Virus record (IMG/VR): IMGVR_UViG_3300048502_000040
Location: 23,901 to 87,900 of that record
From: a virus
Length of the DNA: 64,000 nt
Direction: 5' to 3' (one strand)
Below, piece after piece: positions 47,083 through 56,129 of the stretch. The notes beneath the pieces are model-generated. The model was not told where the DNA came from, did not search any database, and saw nothing but the letters and a program-made list of their open reading frames with translations. The stretch's first letter is position 1. Each line of letters begins with the position of its first letter. Position numbers and translations under genes: made by a program.

Positions 47083-47352
47083 TTACATCGTCGCGGGGTA
47101 TGGGCCGCTTATCAACTCACCCTGCGCCGTGAACACCTTGATGATGTACTGTGCGGTCGTTGGAGTGAGCGATGCAGACGGGACTGTAACTGGGTTGGTT
47201 ACAGTCCCGCTTGAATCGAGTGGTATCTTTGTGTCGCGTCCAGCGGAGAAGCTCAACTCACCCGGCGCGAGTGCGTCCTGATCCAGTGCGACGATCAGAT
47301 AGCCGTTAGCGACTGCCGTTCCATCGGGGTACTGAAATGTAAGATTAGCCAT
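47083..47352 (-). CDS. small structural protein, paralog of the N-terminal domain of 46372-47073
   Basis: F..PDG..VANGYL...L.QDA..AGR..KI.L.SSG shared. Confidence 0.6.
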   Translation of the reverse strand: MANLTFQYPDGTAVANGYLIVALDQDALAPGELSFSAGRDTKIPLDSSGTVTNPVTVPSASLTPTTAQYIIKVFTAQGELISGPYPATM

Positions 47353-47771
47353 TAGGCATTCTCCAAATACTCCGCAGCTTTGCGCAACTTGCTTGGGTCA
47401 TCTTGTAACATGCCTATAGCAATGTTGCAGTTGTTGTGCAGAATACCTCTCACTTTTCCAGTTACATGACTGTGGTCGATAACGGGTGATCTGCCCTTAG
47501 AGCCGAACAGCGGTTCGTGGCATAAAGCGCACAGACCGCTTTGCTCTGCCAGCATGTTTCCGAACTGCTCCTCAGTCATGCCATACAATCTGACCTTGTT
47601 GCGCAAAGACGCTTTTTTACGATACTCTGGATCATTGGCGTACTTCTTGTTTTGGTATTTGCGGGCATAAGCAGCATATCTAGCTTTCTGCTCTGGGTCT
47701 TGTTTTGCTCGCATGGTGCGCTGCCATTCTCGTACATATTCCTTACGCTTGGCTAAGTCTTTGAACGGCAT
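47352..47771 (-). CDS. EndoVII-type homing endonuclease
   Basis: QSGLCALC..IDHSH.TGKVRGILH..CN..IG..AAEYL. Confidence 0.85.
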   Translation of the reverse strand: MPFKDLAKRKEYVREWQRTMRAKQDPEQKARYAAYARKYQNKKYANDPEYRKKASLRNKVRLYGMTEEQFGNMLAEQSGLCALCHEPLFGSKGRSPVIDHSHVTGKVRGILHNNCNIAIGMLQDDPSKLRKAAEYLENA

Positions 47772-47772
47772 T

Positions 47773-48690
47773 TTACTGTCCTCGTGCTTGATTGCCTTGG
47801 GTCTGTGTAATCTGAAACTGAGTCGGTTGACCCGTAACCGAAGACCAGTTATTCAGCCAATTGTTACGCTCTGTCTCCGTAAGTCCTTGGTTGGCTGCAA
47901 GCAATGCCGAAACAAACTTAGCATTGGCAATCTGAAACCGTGGGTCGTCGCTAAAGAGCCATTGGAAAGAAAGGAATCCCCAGTTGTAAAGATGTGCATA
48001 CTCGTCGGGGATCGGTGCCCATGTTTGATTGATGCCTGCGGTGGTAGCCGAGAACACACCGGGCTTCTCCTGAAGTGTTATGCTCACAGGGGCGGCCACT
48101 GTCGGAACCGGCATCAGCCGGAAGGTGATGTTTCCTTGGCCGTCGTCAATCTGTGCAGAGATGTTACCGGGGCGGCCAGAGGTAGTGTCTAGGCCGAGTC
48201 CAATCATCGGTGTCATTGGCATCCACTTTGACGTGGCGCTATCCTTGACTGATGCGTTCTCGATCCACCCAAACGTGTACGAGCCTACTGCCTCTGGATC
48301 AACCGGGCCTTGGCATGTCCACGTCACGCTGCCATCGGTGACGAACTGACCGTTGACTGTGGGCCACGTCGGAGGGCTGCCCCCGGTGGTGCCCGCTGTG
48401 GTGCATATCTGTGACGCGCCGTTGCCGATGGTGACCCAACCGAGCTTCACAGCAGTGGTCGGCTGGTAGTTGAAGAGGGTGTAGTCCTGCTGATTGGCGA
48501 CGGTGTAGAAACCTGTGATGACTCGGTTCCAGCGCCAGCGGAAGGGTGGCCCGAGGATGGCCTGCATCGTCATGTTTGCACATGTGATGGCAGGCTCCAA
48601 AGAGTTGCCGAGGTTTGCGCGGCGTCCGAAGTTGAGCTTCTCTGCGAAGGTTTGAGTACCCAGCAAAGTGTTGGTGCTTGTCGATGCCAT
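47773..48690 (-). CDS. head-tail connector/adaptor-like protein
   Basis: AAGGAG RBS; F..NQQDY.L, ITFRLMPVP..Y..IP.EY; paralogous to 49142-50257. Confidence 0.55.
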   Translation of the reverse strand: MASTSTNTLLGTQTFAEKLNFGRRANLGNSLEPAITCANMTMQAILGPPFRWRWNRVITGFYTVANQQDYTLFNYQPTTAVKLGWVTIGNGASQICTTAGTTGGSPPTWPTVNGQFVTDGSVTWTCQGPVDPEAVGSYTFGWIENASVKDSATSKWMPMTPMIGLGLDTTSGRPGNISAQIDDGQGNITFRLMPVPTVAAPVSITLQEKPGVFSATTAGINQTWAPIPDEYAHLYNWGFLSFQWLFSDDPRFQIANAKFVSALLAANQGLTETERNNWLNNWSSVTGQPTQFQITQTQGNQARGQ

Positions 48691-48699
48691 GCGATCTCC

Positions 48700-49152
48700 T
48701 TAGTTGCCATTCAAGTAAGCGGAGAGCTTCCGCATGTACTCAACATAGTCCTGTACCTGACCGAGGGTAAGGTTGCATCGTGAGCAAAGAATGCCTCTGA
48801 CTTTTCCCGTCTTGTGGTCGTGGTCGATGTGCCACTTGTTCTTGAACCCTTTGCCCCACGTACAATCGGTGGCATCGCAGGCAGCGCATTTGTTACCTTG
48901 TGCAGCCAGTAACTCTTCGCGTCCTACAATTCCATTGAGACCGAACTTCATTTTTATAGCGGAGTTCGTGCGGGATTCGTTAGCCTTTTCTGGGTACAAC
49001 TCACGGTAACGAGATATGCGGGTAGCGCTGCACTTTAGACAACGCCGCCCATCTTTTCCACCGTTCTTATTGTAAAGCTGCCGAATGTTTCCCTCGACAA
49101 GCTCGTGCCCGTTTACGCAATGAGTCTTGGGCTTTGGGCCTCTAGTTGCCAT
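48700..49152 (-). CDS. EndoVII-type homing endonuclease
   Basis: KTHCVNGH; QGNKCAAC..HIDHDH.TGKVRGILCSRCN. Confidence 0.85.
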   Translation of the reverse strand: MATRGPKPKTHCVNGHELVEGNIRQLYNKNGGKDGRRCLKCSATRISRYRELYPEKANESRTNSAIKMKFGLNGIVGREELLAAQGNKCAACDATDCTWGKGFKNKWHIDHDHKTGKVRGILCSRCNLTLGQVQDYVEYMRKLSAYLNGN

Positions 49153-50257
49153 TGAAGGCTCCAAACGGGTAAGCCGGATTGATCGGGTTGACGCCGATGC
49201 CGCTCTCCATAACCGATGACCCCGGATAAAAGCCGAAGTCGTCTTCCTCACGGTCTGCTTGACGTACGGCGTCGTCGAGCGACTTGAGCCAAAGCTGCTG
49301 CTCCATCGTGAACTTCGCACGAATCTTCGGATCAGGGTTGCGCCGATAGCACTGCGCGAAAAACCCGCTTTTGAAGGCCCACTCGTAATCATCGGGGATT
49401 GGCTCGAGCGTCTGCGCGACGTTGGCGAAGCGGTTGGCCCGCATCTGCGCAACGACTGTGATGACCCACACGACGCCGTTGGAAGGCGGAATGGGGTTCA
49501 GGCGGAAGCCCTGCCCTGCCGGGTTGATAGCAGTCCACACAACGCTGCCATCGGTCACTGTGGTGGCAACAGTGGTCGGCGCGGTGAGGGTGGGGAATAC
49601 CGGGTTGGTAGGCCACGACGGTTGAGTTGCGCCGCATGTGCCGTACGTCGTGAGCGCCCACAGGTTCCCGTTCGGGTCTTTGATGCAGGTACTCGCGTTG
49701 GTCGGCTGGTTGAGGATGCCGATGGGGTTCGTATAGATCACGTTCGGGCCGGGGTTCTGCTGCCCTGTTAGGCCGGGGCCGAGTCCGTTGATGTTGCCGT
49801 TCGGGTTGCCTGCTGTCGGCCCAAGAGGAGCTTGCCCCCATGTTCCGGTCAACAGGTTACTGTTCTGCATCCAGCAAATCTTTCCGGGGTATCCGGTCTG
49901 GTCGTATGTGACCTGAAGGTTCTTCTTCGCTTCGAGGTACTGCTTCTGCTTCGGCACTGAGGTCTGATTGATATTCACGGCCCAAGCGTTCTCGATCCAT
50001 CCGAGGTTGATGAGACCGGGCACGAAGTAGTCCGACTGGTAGCTGATGGTGCAAAAGGGTGCAACATTGAAGCTGTTCCACTTCCAGTTGTACGGCTGTG
50101 CGTTCGGGCCGCCATTGATTATTGCCTGCATCACATCGTTGGCGATGGACAGGGCTGGCGCATCGGAGAAGCCTCCTGTGGCGAGTGCTGGGGCGACATC
50201 GCCGAGCGAGTTCGCGTCGTCGATTACTGACTGAAGGGTGATGCTTGAATTTGCCAT
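49142..50257 (-). CDS. head-tail adaptor-like protein
   Basis: AGGAG RBS, ATG 50257; YQSDY, FRLNPIP, EPIPDDY. Confidence 0.55.
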   Translation of the reverse strand: MANSSITLQSVIDDANSLGDVAPALATGGFSDAPALSIANDVMQAIINGGPNAQPYNWKWNSFNVAPFCTISYQSDYFVPGLINLGWIENAWAVNINQTSVPKQKQYLEAKKNLQVTYDQTGYPGKICWMQNSNLLTGTWGQAPLGPTAGNPNGNINGLGPGLTGQQNPGPNVIYTNPIGILNQPTNASTCIKDPNGNLWALTTYGTCGATQPSWPTNPVFPTLTAPTTVATTVTDGSVVWTAINPAGQGFRLNPIPPSNGVVWVITVVAQMRANRFANVAQTLEPIPDDYEWAFKSGFFAQCYRRNPDPKIRAKFTMEQQLWLKSLDDAVRQADREEDDFGFYPGSSVMESGIGVNPINPAYPFGAFNGN

Positions 50258-50272
50258 GAGGTCTCCTGATAC

Positions 50273-50310
50273 AAAAAAAGACAGGGTAGTCCCGCGAAGG
50301 ACTACCCTGT
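50273..50310 (-). terminator. intrinsic terminator
   Basis: ACAGGGTAGTCC-TTCGCG-GGACTACCCTGT followed by C and T7. Confidence 0.85.
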
Positions 50311-50315
50311 GGTGT

Positions 50316-50966
50316 TTATCGAAGCGTTGACGGCTGCATGACTTCGCGGGCAAATGCGCCGTTGTCGGAGTACCGGAACTGATACGAGCTTGATCCGCTG
50401 TTGTTGGTCTGGTAATTCAAGGCTGCCTGATACTCTGCGAACTCCTTGATATACTCTTCCTTCGAGTCAAAGAACTTCTCGACTGGGGGCTTCCACGTCT
50501 TGCCGCAGCGCATACACCGAATCCATGTATCGCCCCAGCACATCGTGTGCTTCATGACTGCGTAGTTCGAGTCATTGCCCTGACCGCCAACGTATCCGGG
50601 GATGCCGTTGCCGCCCTTCTTATGGTTGCAACGATTCTGCACTTTCTTCGCGTTGGCCGCGAGTGCAGATATGGTCGCACCGTTCGTCTTGCTGCGCGAG
50701 GCGAGTACGCCGCGCTTCAACTGGCGCTCATCGAGACGCTCACGGGTGTCCTGAAGGTTGGCCTTGGCCGCTTCCACGGTCAGACGCTTCTCTTCAAGTT
50801 CGAGGAGCTTCAACTCACGATCCATCTTCGCGTTTTCGAGCGCGATGGCTGCGGTCTCTTCAGCGAGTGATTCCGCCTTGGTCTTCTCTGGTACCTTTGC
50901 TTTTGCTGCTGCGGCGGGCGCTGTTGCTGCGGGCGCTCCGCTCAAAAGGTTCTCAACTTCACTCAT
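50316..50966 (-). CDS. hypothetical coiled-coil / Zn-finger protein
   Basis: CNH..H..C..CMRC. Confidence 0.7.
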   Translation of the reverse strand: MSEVENLLSGAPAATAPAAAAKAKVPEKTKAESLAEETAAIALENAKMDRELKLLELEEKRLTVEAAKANLQDTRERLDERQLKRGVLASRSKTNGATISALAANAKKVQNRCNHKKGGNGIPGYVGGQGNDSNYAVMKHTMCWGDTWIRCMRCGKTWKPPVEKFFDSKEEYIKEFAEYQAALNYQTNNSGSSSYQFRYSDNGAFAREVMQPSTLR

Positions 50967-50997
50967 GCTTTCCTACCCCCTCCTTTAGGGTTTGTAA

Positions 50998-51642
50998 CTA
51001 ATCCAGTTGCAGACTGTTGCCCGCGTTCCTGAACGCCAGCAGTGTCTTGTTGTACCGCGCATACGCCTCGGTCTGCTTCGGCCTGCCGAACGTGATGTTC
51101 GCCATCGCCTCACTGATCCTTCCGGTGAGTATGAGTTGCAGCAGGCATGTGCGCCAGCCCCGCCGACGTTCCGCAAGCGGTGCGCCGTGATCGTCGAAGT
51201 TCATGATGGATAGTTCGGGCATCTGCCCTACTTGTACCCAACACGCCTTCTCCGCTTCCGAGTTGACATCCTTGCTCACGTAGAGCACGGCCTTGTCTTC
51301 ATGCGGATGCTGACGATAGTGGCAGATGACGTGGGCCTTACGCAGAAGTGTGATAAACTCCGTGTGACTCATGACGCGCCCAATGCGCTGTTCAAGGTCT
51401 GCGTACTCTTCCGGCTTGATCCACTGGTACTGCTTCGCTACTTCGTCGCTGTACTCTTTCTGTTCAGCGAGTGCTTCCTTGTTCTGGTTGCTTGTTGAGT
51501 CGTAGTCGTACTGGCGCTCCGCGTACTCCGCGACTGCGGCAGCCATCTCAGGGGAGAGGACGGTCTCCATCTCTGCGCCGTAAGATTCCCACGGGTTTAC
51601 TTCCCTGTTTTGGTTCGTGCCTGTAACTTTTACTTGCTCCAT
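50998..51642 (-). CDS. hypothetical protein
   Basis: GGAGG RBS. Confidence 0.7.
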   Translation of the reverse strand: MEQVKVTGTNQNREVNPWESYGAEMETVLSPEMAAAVAEYAERQYDYDSTSNQNKEALAEQKEYSDEVAKQYQWIKPEEYADLEQRIGRVMSHTEFITLLRKAHVICHYRQHPHEDKAVLYVSKDVNSEAEKACWVQVGQMPELSIMNFDDHGAPLAERRRGWRTCLLQLILTGRISEAMANITFGRPKQTEAYARYNKTLLAFRNAGNSLQLD

Positions 51643-51855
51643 TCAAGCCCTCCAGCTTGCGTTTCCAAATTGGAAACTAGAAATAAAACTCTATCCAGTC
51701 GAGGTTCATGACGCCCGATAGGTAGAGCCGCCTCATACGTGATTGGCCGGTCGCGTAGACGCGTACGCCGCATCCCGGTTGGCCGAGCCGCTGTTCGCCT
51801 CCGGGTAATCCACCCTTGACGAGTTCAGCACGGTGACTAGGAATTGGCATGAAAA

Positions 51856-52167
51856 TCAAATGCTTGGGTCTTGGGTTCGTGCGGCTTTGAGCATCCTGAC
51901 GGCTGTCAAGCACTCCTCGACGATAAGTTCCACGTCCTCTGGGCCACAATCGAACTCACCGCTCCCCCAGAGTTTCCCAAAAGCCAATCTAGCGTAATTG
52001 TCACTCGCATCAGCCTCTATTAGGGCATACTGAAGAGCCTCTGTCTGCTCACGCGCCTGACGCTCACGCTCTCTGATCTTGCGATTTGAAATGCGAAGTA
52101 CACGATTGTTTACACGTATGCTTCGCTCTTCCTCTTCCTCTTCAAGAATGGTTACTGTTTTGCTCAT
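51856..52167 (-). CDS. hypothetical protein
   Basis: TGGAGG RBS, ATG 52167. Confidence 0.55.
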   Translation of the reverse strand: MSKTVTILEEEEEERSIRVNNRVLRISNRKIRERERQAREQTEALQYALIEADASDNYARLAFGKLWGSGEFDCGPEDVELIVEECLTAVRMLKAARTQDPSI

Positions 52168-52187
52168 TTGCGCCTCCACGCTCAAAG

Positions 52188-52637
52188 CTATGAATAACGC
52201 ATATACTTGCAAATGGATTCAAGCTCCTGCAAGGTTGCGTCACTCTTCAATCTGTTAGCCCGCCACGATATGACCTGCACGTTGCCTTTGGTGTAGCCCC
52301 TACTAGGAATCATCTTGTCCAACGATGGTGAGTTTGGATTTATGTTTCCGTTCACTTTTTCAGCAAATGGAACCAAAGGTATTCCTAGTACAGGACATAC
52401 TTCTGGAATAAAACAATCTTCAACTGTCAGGTTGAACTCGATACCTGCTCGTCGAGCATTACCACGCGCATAGCTCAACAAAGCCTTCGCTGGGTTACTC
52501 CGTCTGCTGGCGTAATGACTACTTTTGCTCAGAGTACGAGCGCAGTCTTTGCACCAACTGGATAAACCGTCCTTGTTAGCGCCTTTGCTGAACTGGTCTG
52601 ACTCTTTCTCTACTTTGCACTTGCTGCATGTCTTCAT
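52188..52637 (-). CDS. HNH-like homing endonuclease (CPVLG..SPSLD family)
   Basis: CSKC..CKDC; CPVLG..SPSLDK..GYTKGNVQVISWRANRLK. Confidence 0.8.
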   Translation of the reverse strand: MKTCSKCKVEKESDQFSKGANKDGLSSWCKDCARTLSKSSHYASRRSNPAKALLSYARGNARRAGIEFNLTVEDCFIPEVCPVLGIPLVPFAEKVNGNINPNSPSLDKMIPSRGYTKGNVQVISWRANRLKSDATLQELESICKYMRYS

Positions 52638-52731
52638 GATTATCCTCGCTGAGAAGCGATTCCGCACCTGTGGTTTAGACAGGTGCGGTTCGCGGAGCGT
52701 GGTGTCTCACGACAATTACGCAAGGTTGGTA

Positions 52732-53655
52732 TTACGGGCCAACAGTGACGTTGACTTCGGCGTACACCTTGTTGATCGGGAGACCATTCATGATGTTGCC
52801 GCTAGACACAACCGCGCCTACCGTGTTGTTGAAGGTCGGGTACGACACTTCGACAGTGGTGGAACCTGCGGTCACCGCCGTAATCAGGCCAGTGGCCGAT
52901 ACGGTTGCAACTGCTGCCCCGTTGGGCGATCCGGTCGAGACGTTCTTCGCGCCGTACGCCACGTAGGTCAGTGCGTTAGTCACTTCCTGCGAGGTTGCGG
53001 TTGCCGCGTGGGTCTCTGCCGTTGCGACATCATTCGCCAGAGTCAGCGTAGTGCCGCTCGAAGCAGTTGCGATGAACGTGCCGTTGTTGTTCGCGCCAGT
53101 GAAGCCCGCGACCACAAACGTCTGTCCAGCAAATGCGTTCGATCCGCCACCCGTGATGGTTCCGGTGTAGACCGCCGTGCCCTGTTCAGGGGTCGCGGTG
53201 GCAGCGTGGGTGTCAGCTACGCCGTTCGCGTTCTCCAGAGTCAGTGTGGTCGTGGTCGAAGCAGTTGCGATAAACACGCCATTGTTCGCGGCATTGTCAA
53301 AGCCCGCGATGGTGAACGTGTCGCCTGCAAAAGCGTTCGATCCGCCGCCCGTGATGGTGCCCGTGTAAACGGTCAAGCCGTTCGACGCCGCTGCCGCAGC
53401 CGAGAGCGTCAGCACACCGATGGACGATGCAGCGACAGCCGTCAGGACGAATGCGGTACCGGGGGTTATTTCGTTGCCAGCGATGTCTTCCAGATTGGGG
53501 TCAAGCTGGAAGGTCGTCGGCCCGTCTGCGCCCGAGAGCGACAGAAAGACATTGTTGTATCCCGGCGTAGTACTGTTAGCCGGGGGCACGTTGCCGAGCA
53601 CGGCAATCTTAGCGGCTACGCCAAGACCCGTGGTCTGTGCAGGATATGATGCCAT
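52732..53655 (-). CDS. capsid decoration-like protein with tandem beta-domains and C-terminal Ig-like (Big_2) domain
   Basis: Two ~65-aa repeats VYTGTITGGGSNAFAG..F..AGF...NNG.F; VATVSATGLITAVTAGSTTV. Confidence 0.65.
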   Translation of the reverse strand: MASYPAQTTGLGVAAKIAVLGNVPPANSTTPGYNNVFLSLSGADGPTTFQLDPNLEDIAGNEITPGTAFVLTAVAASSIGVLTLSAAAAASNGLTVYTGTITGGGSNAFAGDTFTIAGFDNAANNGVFIATASTTTTLTLENANGVADTHAATATPEQGTAVYTGTITGGGSNAFAGQTFVVAGFTGANNNGTFIATASSGTTLTLANDVATAETHAATATSQEVTNALTYVAYGAKNVSTGSPNGAAVATVSATGLITAVTAGSTTVEVSYPTFNNTVGAVVSSGNIMNGLPINKVYAEVNVTVGP

Positions 53656-53667
53656 TGTTGAATCTCC

Positions 53668-54171
53668 TTACTGTGCCACGATGCGGGTGTGGATAGCGTA
53701 CGCCAGTGCGGTACCGCTTCCTGCTGCATAGCTCGTGGTTGCAATCACGACGTTCGTGCCCACCTTGGGATGGATCACGTACTGCCCCTGATTGACCACG
53801 CCCGCTGCCGACACCGAAGCCACGTCCGCAAGGGTCTGCGTCACCGAGGTATTCGAGTCCAAATCCGTGTAGGTCACGGTAATGGCAGGGAGTGTCGCTC
53901 CGGTTGGGGTGTTAGACGAGACCTCGTACAACAGAACCTCATACACGCCCGCATTGACGACTGGATAGGTCAAAACGTTGGCATTGTTCGCCACCTGAGC
54001 CGTAAGCCCAACTTTTGCCACCACTGAAGTGATGGGCGTCCACCCGGTGAGGCCGGGGCCAGTGGCGTATAGTACGGCGTTGGACTCATCAAGACCGATG
54101 TTCGGCTGACGAGACGACGGGGTTACCGCGCTGGTAGGCGGGCCGCTGAATACTGCATTTGCTAAACTCAT
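53668..54171 (-). CDS. head-associated structural protein
   Basis: AAAGGA RBS; directly after capsid gene. Confidence 0.6.
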   Translation of the reverse strand: MSLANAVFSGPPTSAVTPSSRQPNIGLDESNAVLYATGPGLTGWTPITSVVAKVGLTAQVANNANVLTYPVVNAGVYEVLLYEVSSNTPTGATLPAITVTYTDLDSNTSVTQTLADVASVSAAGVVNQGQYVIHPKVGTNVVIATTSYAAGSGTALAYAIHTRIVAQ

Positions 54172-54204
54172 GTTTTCGTCCTTTCAAAACGAAGCTCAAA
54201 CGTA

Positions 54205-54238
54205 AGAAACGAGGCGCTGGGGGTTCAGTCCCAGCGCC
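54205..54238 (-). terminator. terminator-like hairpin after capsid gene
   Basis: GGCGCTGGG-loop-CCCAGCGCC then TCGTTTCTT. Confidence 0.6.
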
Positions 54239-54244
54239 GCATTC

Positions 54245-55210
54245 TTAGCTGATTGCCGACGCAGCGTCGATCTCGCGGATGCGGATCGTGGTGTCGGGGC
54301 CGAGCGACGTGGTGAAGTGAACACGGTAGCTCGTCCAACCGGGGATCAACCCTTCCGGGTCGGCCACAGTCGGTTCTGCGTTCTGAACGATGTTGCAGTT
54401 GATGTTCTGCCACTCGCCGTCACCGAACTCCGTGTCGCCCTGCGCACCGAGCTTGATGCTGTAGATGCCATCGCGCCCGAAGATGTAGGTACGGAGTGCC
54501 GTCAGGCCCGTGACGCCCTTGTAGTTCGAGGTCGCGGTAACCTGATTCGTCTGGAAGAAGTGAACTCCAGAGCTAGGCAGTTCGATCATCTCGGTCAAGT
54601 CGGTGCTCAGGAGGTCTTCCATCTTGGCAAGGCCCACCGGAGTGTGCTTGAGGATGTCGATTGGTGCGTTGTTCGCGGTATCCGCAAGAACGTCGCCCAG
54701 AGCAAACGGGTGGATTACACCGCAGAATGCCTTGGATGCTTCGTCGTACGGACGCACGGAACGGCCAGCGAGGGACTGGACAGCGTTACGAATCTCGGTC
54801 AGGCTGAGAGTCGTGAAGCTGGAAGTCGAAGCTGCCGGGAGAGCGATGAGAACGCTGGGGTCAACCGCGTTTGCACCGTCCGCAGTTGCGCGAACCAGAC
54901 CGCTCAGGCTCTCGCCCAGACGGTAGGACATTTCGCGGGCCACATTCTCGACAGTGTTGTCGATGGCGGTTGCCAGAGACAAGCTGGAGAAGTTGGCGTA
55001 GTCTGCGTACTCACCGATGGTTGCGGTCGTCTGAAGGACGTTGACCGAGATGGAGTTGCCCACCGAACCTTCCGTGGTCTGCGCCTGATTTGCAGCCAGA
55101 GGAACGTACATGAACATCTCGTACTGGTTACCGCTCTTGGTCGGGAGGTCGAGACGTTCCGAGCAAGCGATGAATGGGGTCTGTGCCTTCAGGTTCTCAC
55201 GAAACTTCTT
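54245..55210 (-). CDS. major capsid protein, exon 2
   Basis: Open from AAG AAG at 55210 (KKFRENLKAQTPF..); spliced product about 343 aa; follows scaffold. Confidence 0.85.
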   Translation of the reverse strand, partial: KKFRENLKAQTPFIACSERLDLPTKSGNQYEMFMYVPLAANQAQTTEGSVGNSISVNVLQTTATIGEYADYANFSSLSLATAIDNTVENVAREMSYRLGESLSGLVRATADGANAVDPSVLIALPAASTSSFTTLSLTEIRNAVQSLAGRSVRPYDEASKAFCGVIHPFALGDVLADTANNAPIDILKHTPVGLAKMEDLLSTDLTEMIELPSSGVHFFQTNQVTATSNYKGVTGLTALRTYIFGRDGIYSIKLGAQGDTEFGDGEWQNINCNIVQNAEPTVADPEGLIPGWTSYRVHFTTSLGPDTTIRIREIDAASAIS

Positions 55211-55779
55211 CAGTAATGTTACGCACGAAGGCAGTGCGGTTCAGACATTTCTGCTGAACTCATACGGTTATTCTTCCCGTATGGTCGGACTATCGCATCA
55301 CGTAATGCCGTACCTGCTCTAGCAGGACAGGTTTGTTTTCGTAAACACCGACGATGATGTTGCAATACCAGTGAATGAGACCGCGCACCCTTTTGGTTGC
55401 ATGGCAATGATCGACACAAGTGTCCCGATCATGTACAGCCTTCAAGGGAAGGTTGCACACAAGACATATACCTTTTTGTTCAATGTACATCTCCTCTTTA
55501 CGTTCTACGGTTATTCCGTATTTACGCATAAGGTGAGCAGGTTTATCTCGGTGCTGGTCTCGATATGTCTTGGCGTACTTCCGCATCTTTTCGCGGTTGT
55601 CTTCTCGCCATTTCTTTTGGTATTCCTTGATCTGTTCTGGTGTCCTTGAAACTCTCATTTACGCGCCCTCTCACTTAGTCTCTCACGCTGCGTTGCTTTT
55701 GTCAAGCATTGCTTGCGCCCTGTTAGCCATTTCAGCTTCCAAGTCGATCAGAGAAGGTTTTACTACGACAAGATTATTT
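55211..55779 (-). mobile_element. group I self-splicing intron (569 nt) in major capsid gene
   Basis: Exon ends CUACGAU and pairs with IGS GUCGUAG (55763-55769) with U-G at the splice site; P7 GAGACUA (about 55676-55682) with AUAGUCC (55277-55283); P9 hairpin; terminal G; splicing restores the frame. Confidence 0.9.
55290..55658 (-). CDS. intron-encoded EndoVII-type homing endonuclease
   Basis: QKGICLVC..VDHCH..RVRGLIHWYCN; lies between the two P7 strands (P8 loop). Confidence 0.85.
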   Translation of the reverse strand: MRVSRTPEQIKEYQKKWREDNREKMRKYAKTYRDQHRDKPAHLMRKYGITVERKEEMYIEQKGICLVCNLPLKAVHDRDTCVDHCHATKRVRGLIHWYCNIIVGVYENKPVLLEQVRHYVMR

Positions 55780-55845
55780 ATCGTAGAACTTGACGGTGGA
55801 CTGAGGGAGGTTTGACTGGACGTTTCCAGCAGGAGTGTATGCCAT
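55780..55845 (-). CDS. major capsid protein, exon 1 (MAYTPAGNVQSNLPQSTVKFYD)
   Basis: AAAGGA RBS, ATG 55845; unspliced frame hits TAA one codon into the intron. Confidence 0.85.
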
Positions 55846-55849
55846 TGTG

Positions 55850-56110
55850 ATTCCTTTACTTCCTGAAACGTGATACGAGTTCGCCGACTTCCCTCCAGAA
55901 GCGTCTCTCTTGCGTATCGCCCTCTATGGCACTCGACTCCGCGCAACGGTAATCCGACCGTTGGTTTCTGTCGTTCGATCAGGGTCTCAGATCGAAAACT
56001 TCCTCAGCACATACTAGGGGATCAGTCACGGTAATCCACCGTCTTGATCCAACTTCCAAATTCATATAGCAGAACCGCCCCACCAAAGGGGCGGCCCGCA
56101 CCCTGTCTCC
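55850..56110 (-). ncRNA. structured capsid-gene leader with two GGAUU-loop hairpins
   Basis: ACGGT-GGATT-ACCGT (56028-56042), AACGGT-CGGATT-ACCGTT (55945-55962), and a GC hairpin at about 56085-56104. Confidence 0.45.
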
Positions 56111-56129
56111 GAAGATCGAGGGGTTATGT

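Noticed and set aside
31371-50257. Tail assembly chaperone programmed frameshift or tape measure
   Set aside because: No such gene pair or long tape-measure ORF; layout is podovirus-like.
51677-51949. 90-aa ORF in the gap before 51642
   Set aside because: Overlaps the upstream gene, no RBS, atypical composition; region better explained as structured leader.
54708-54720. Fourth GGTGGATTAC motif
   Set aside because: On the + strand inside the capsid CDS, opposite orientation, incomplete stem; likely chance.
54245-55117. 290-aa ORF as the complete capsid protein
   Set aside because: Frame is open upstream to 55210 and the true start is exon 1 across the intron.
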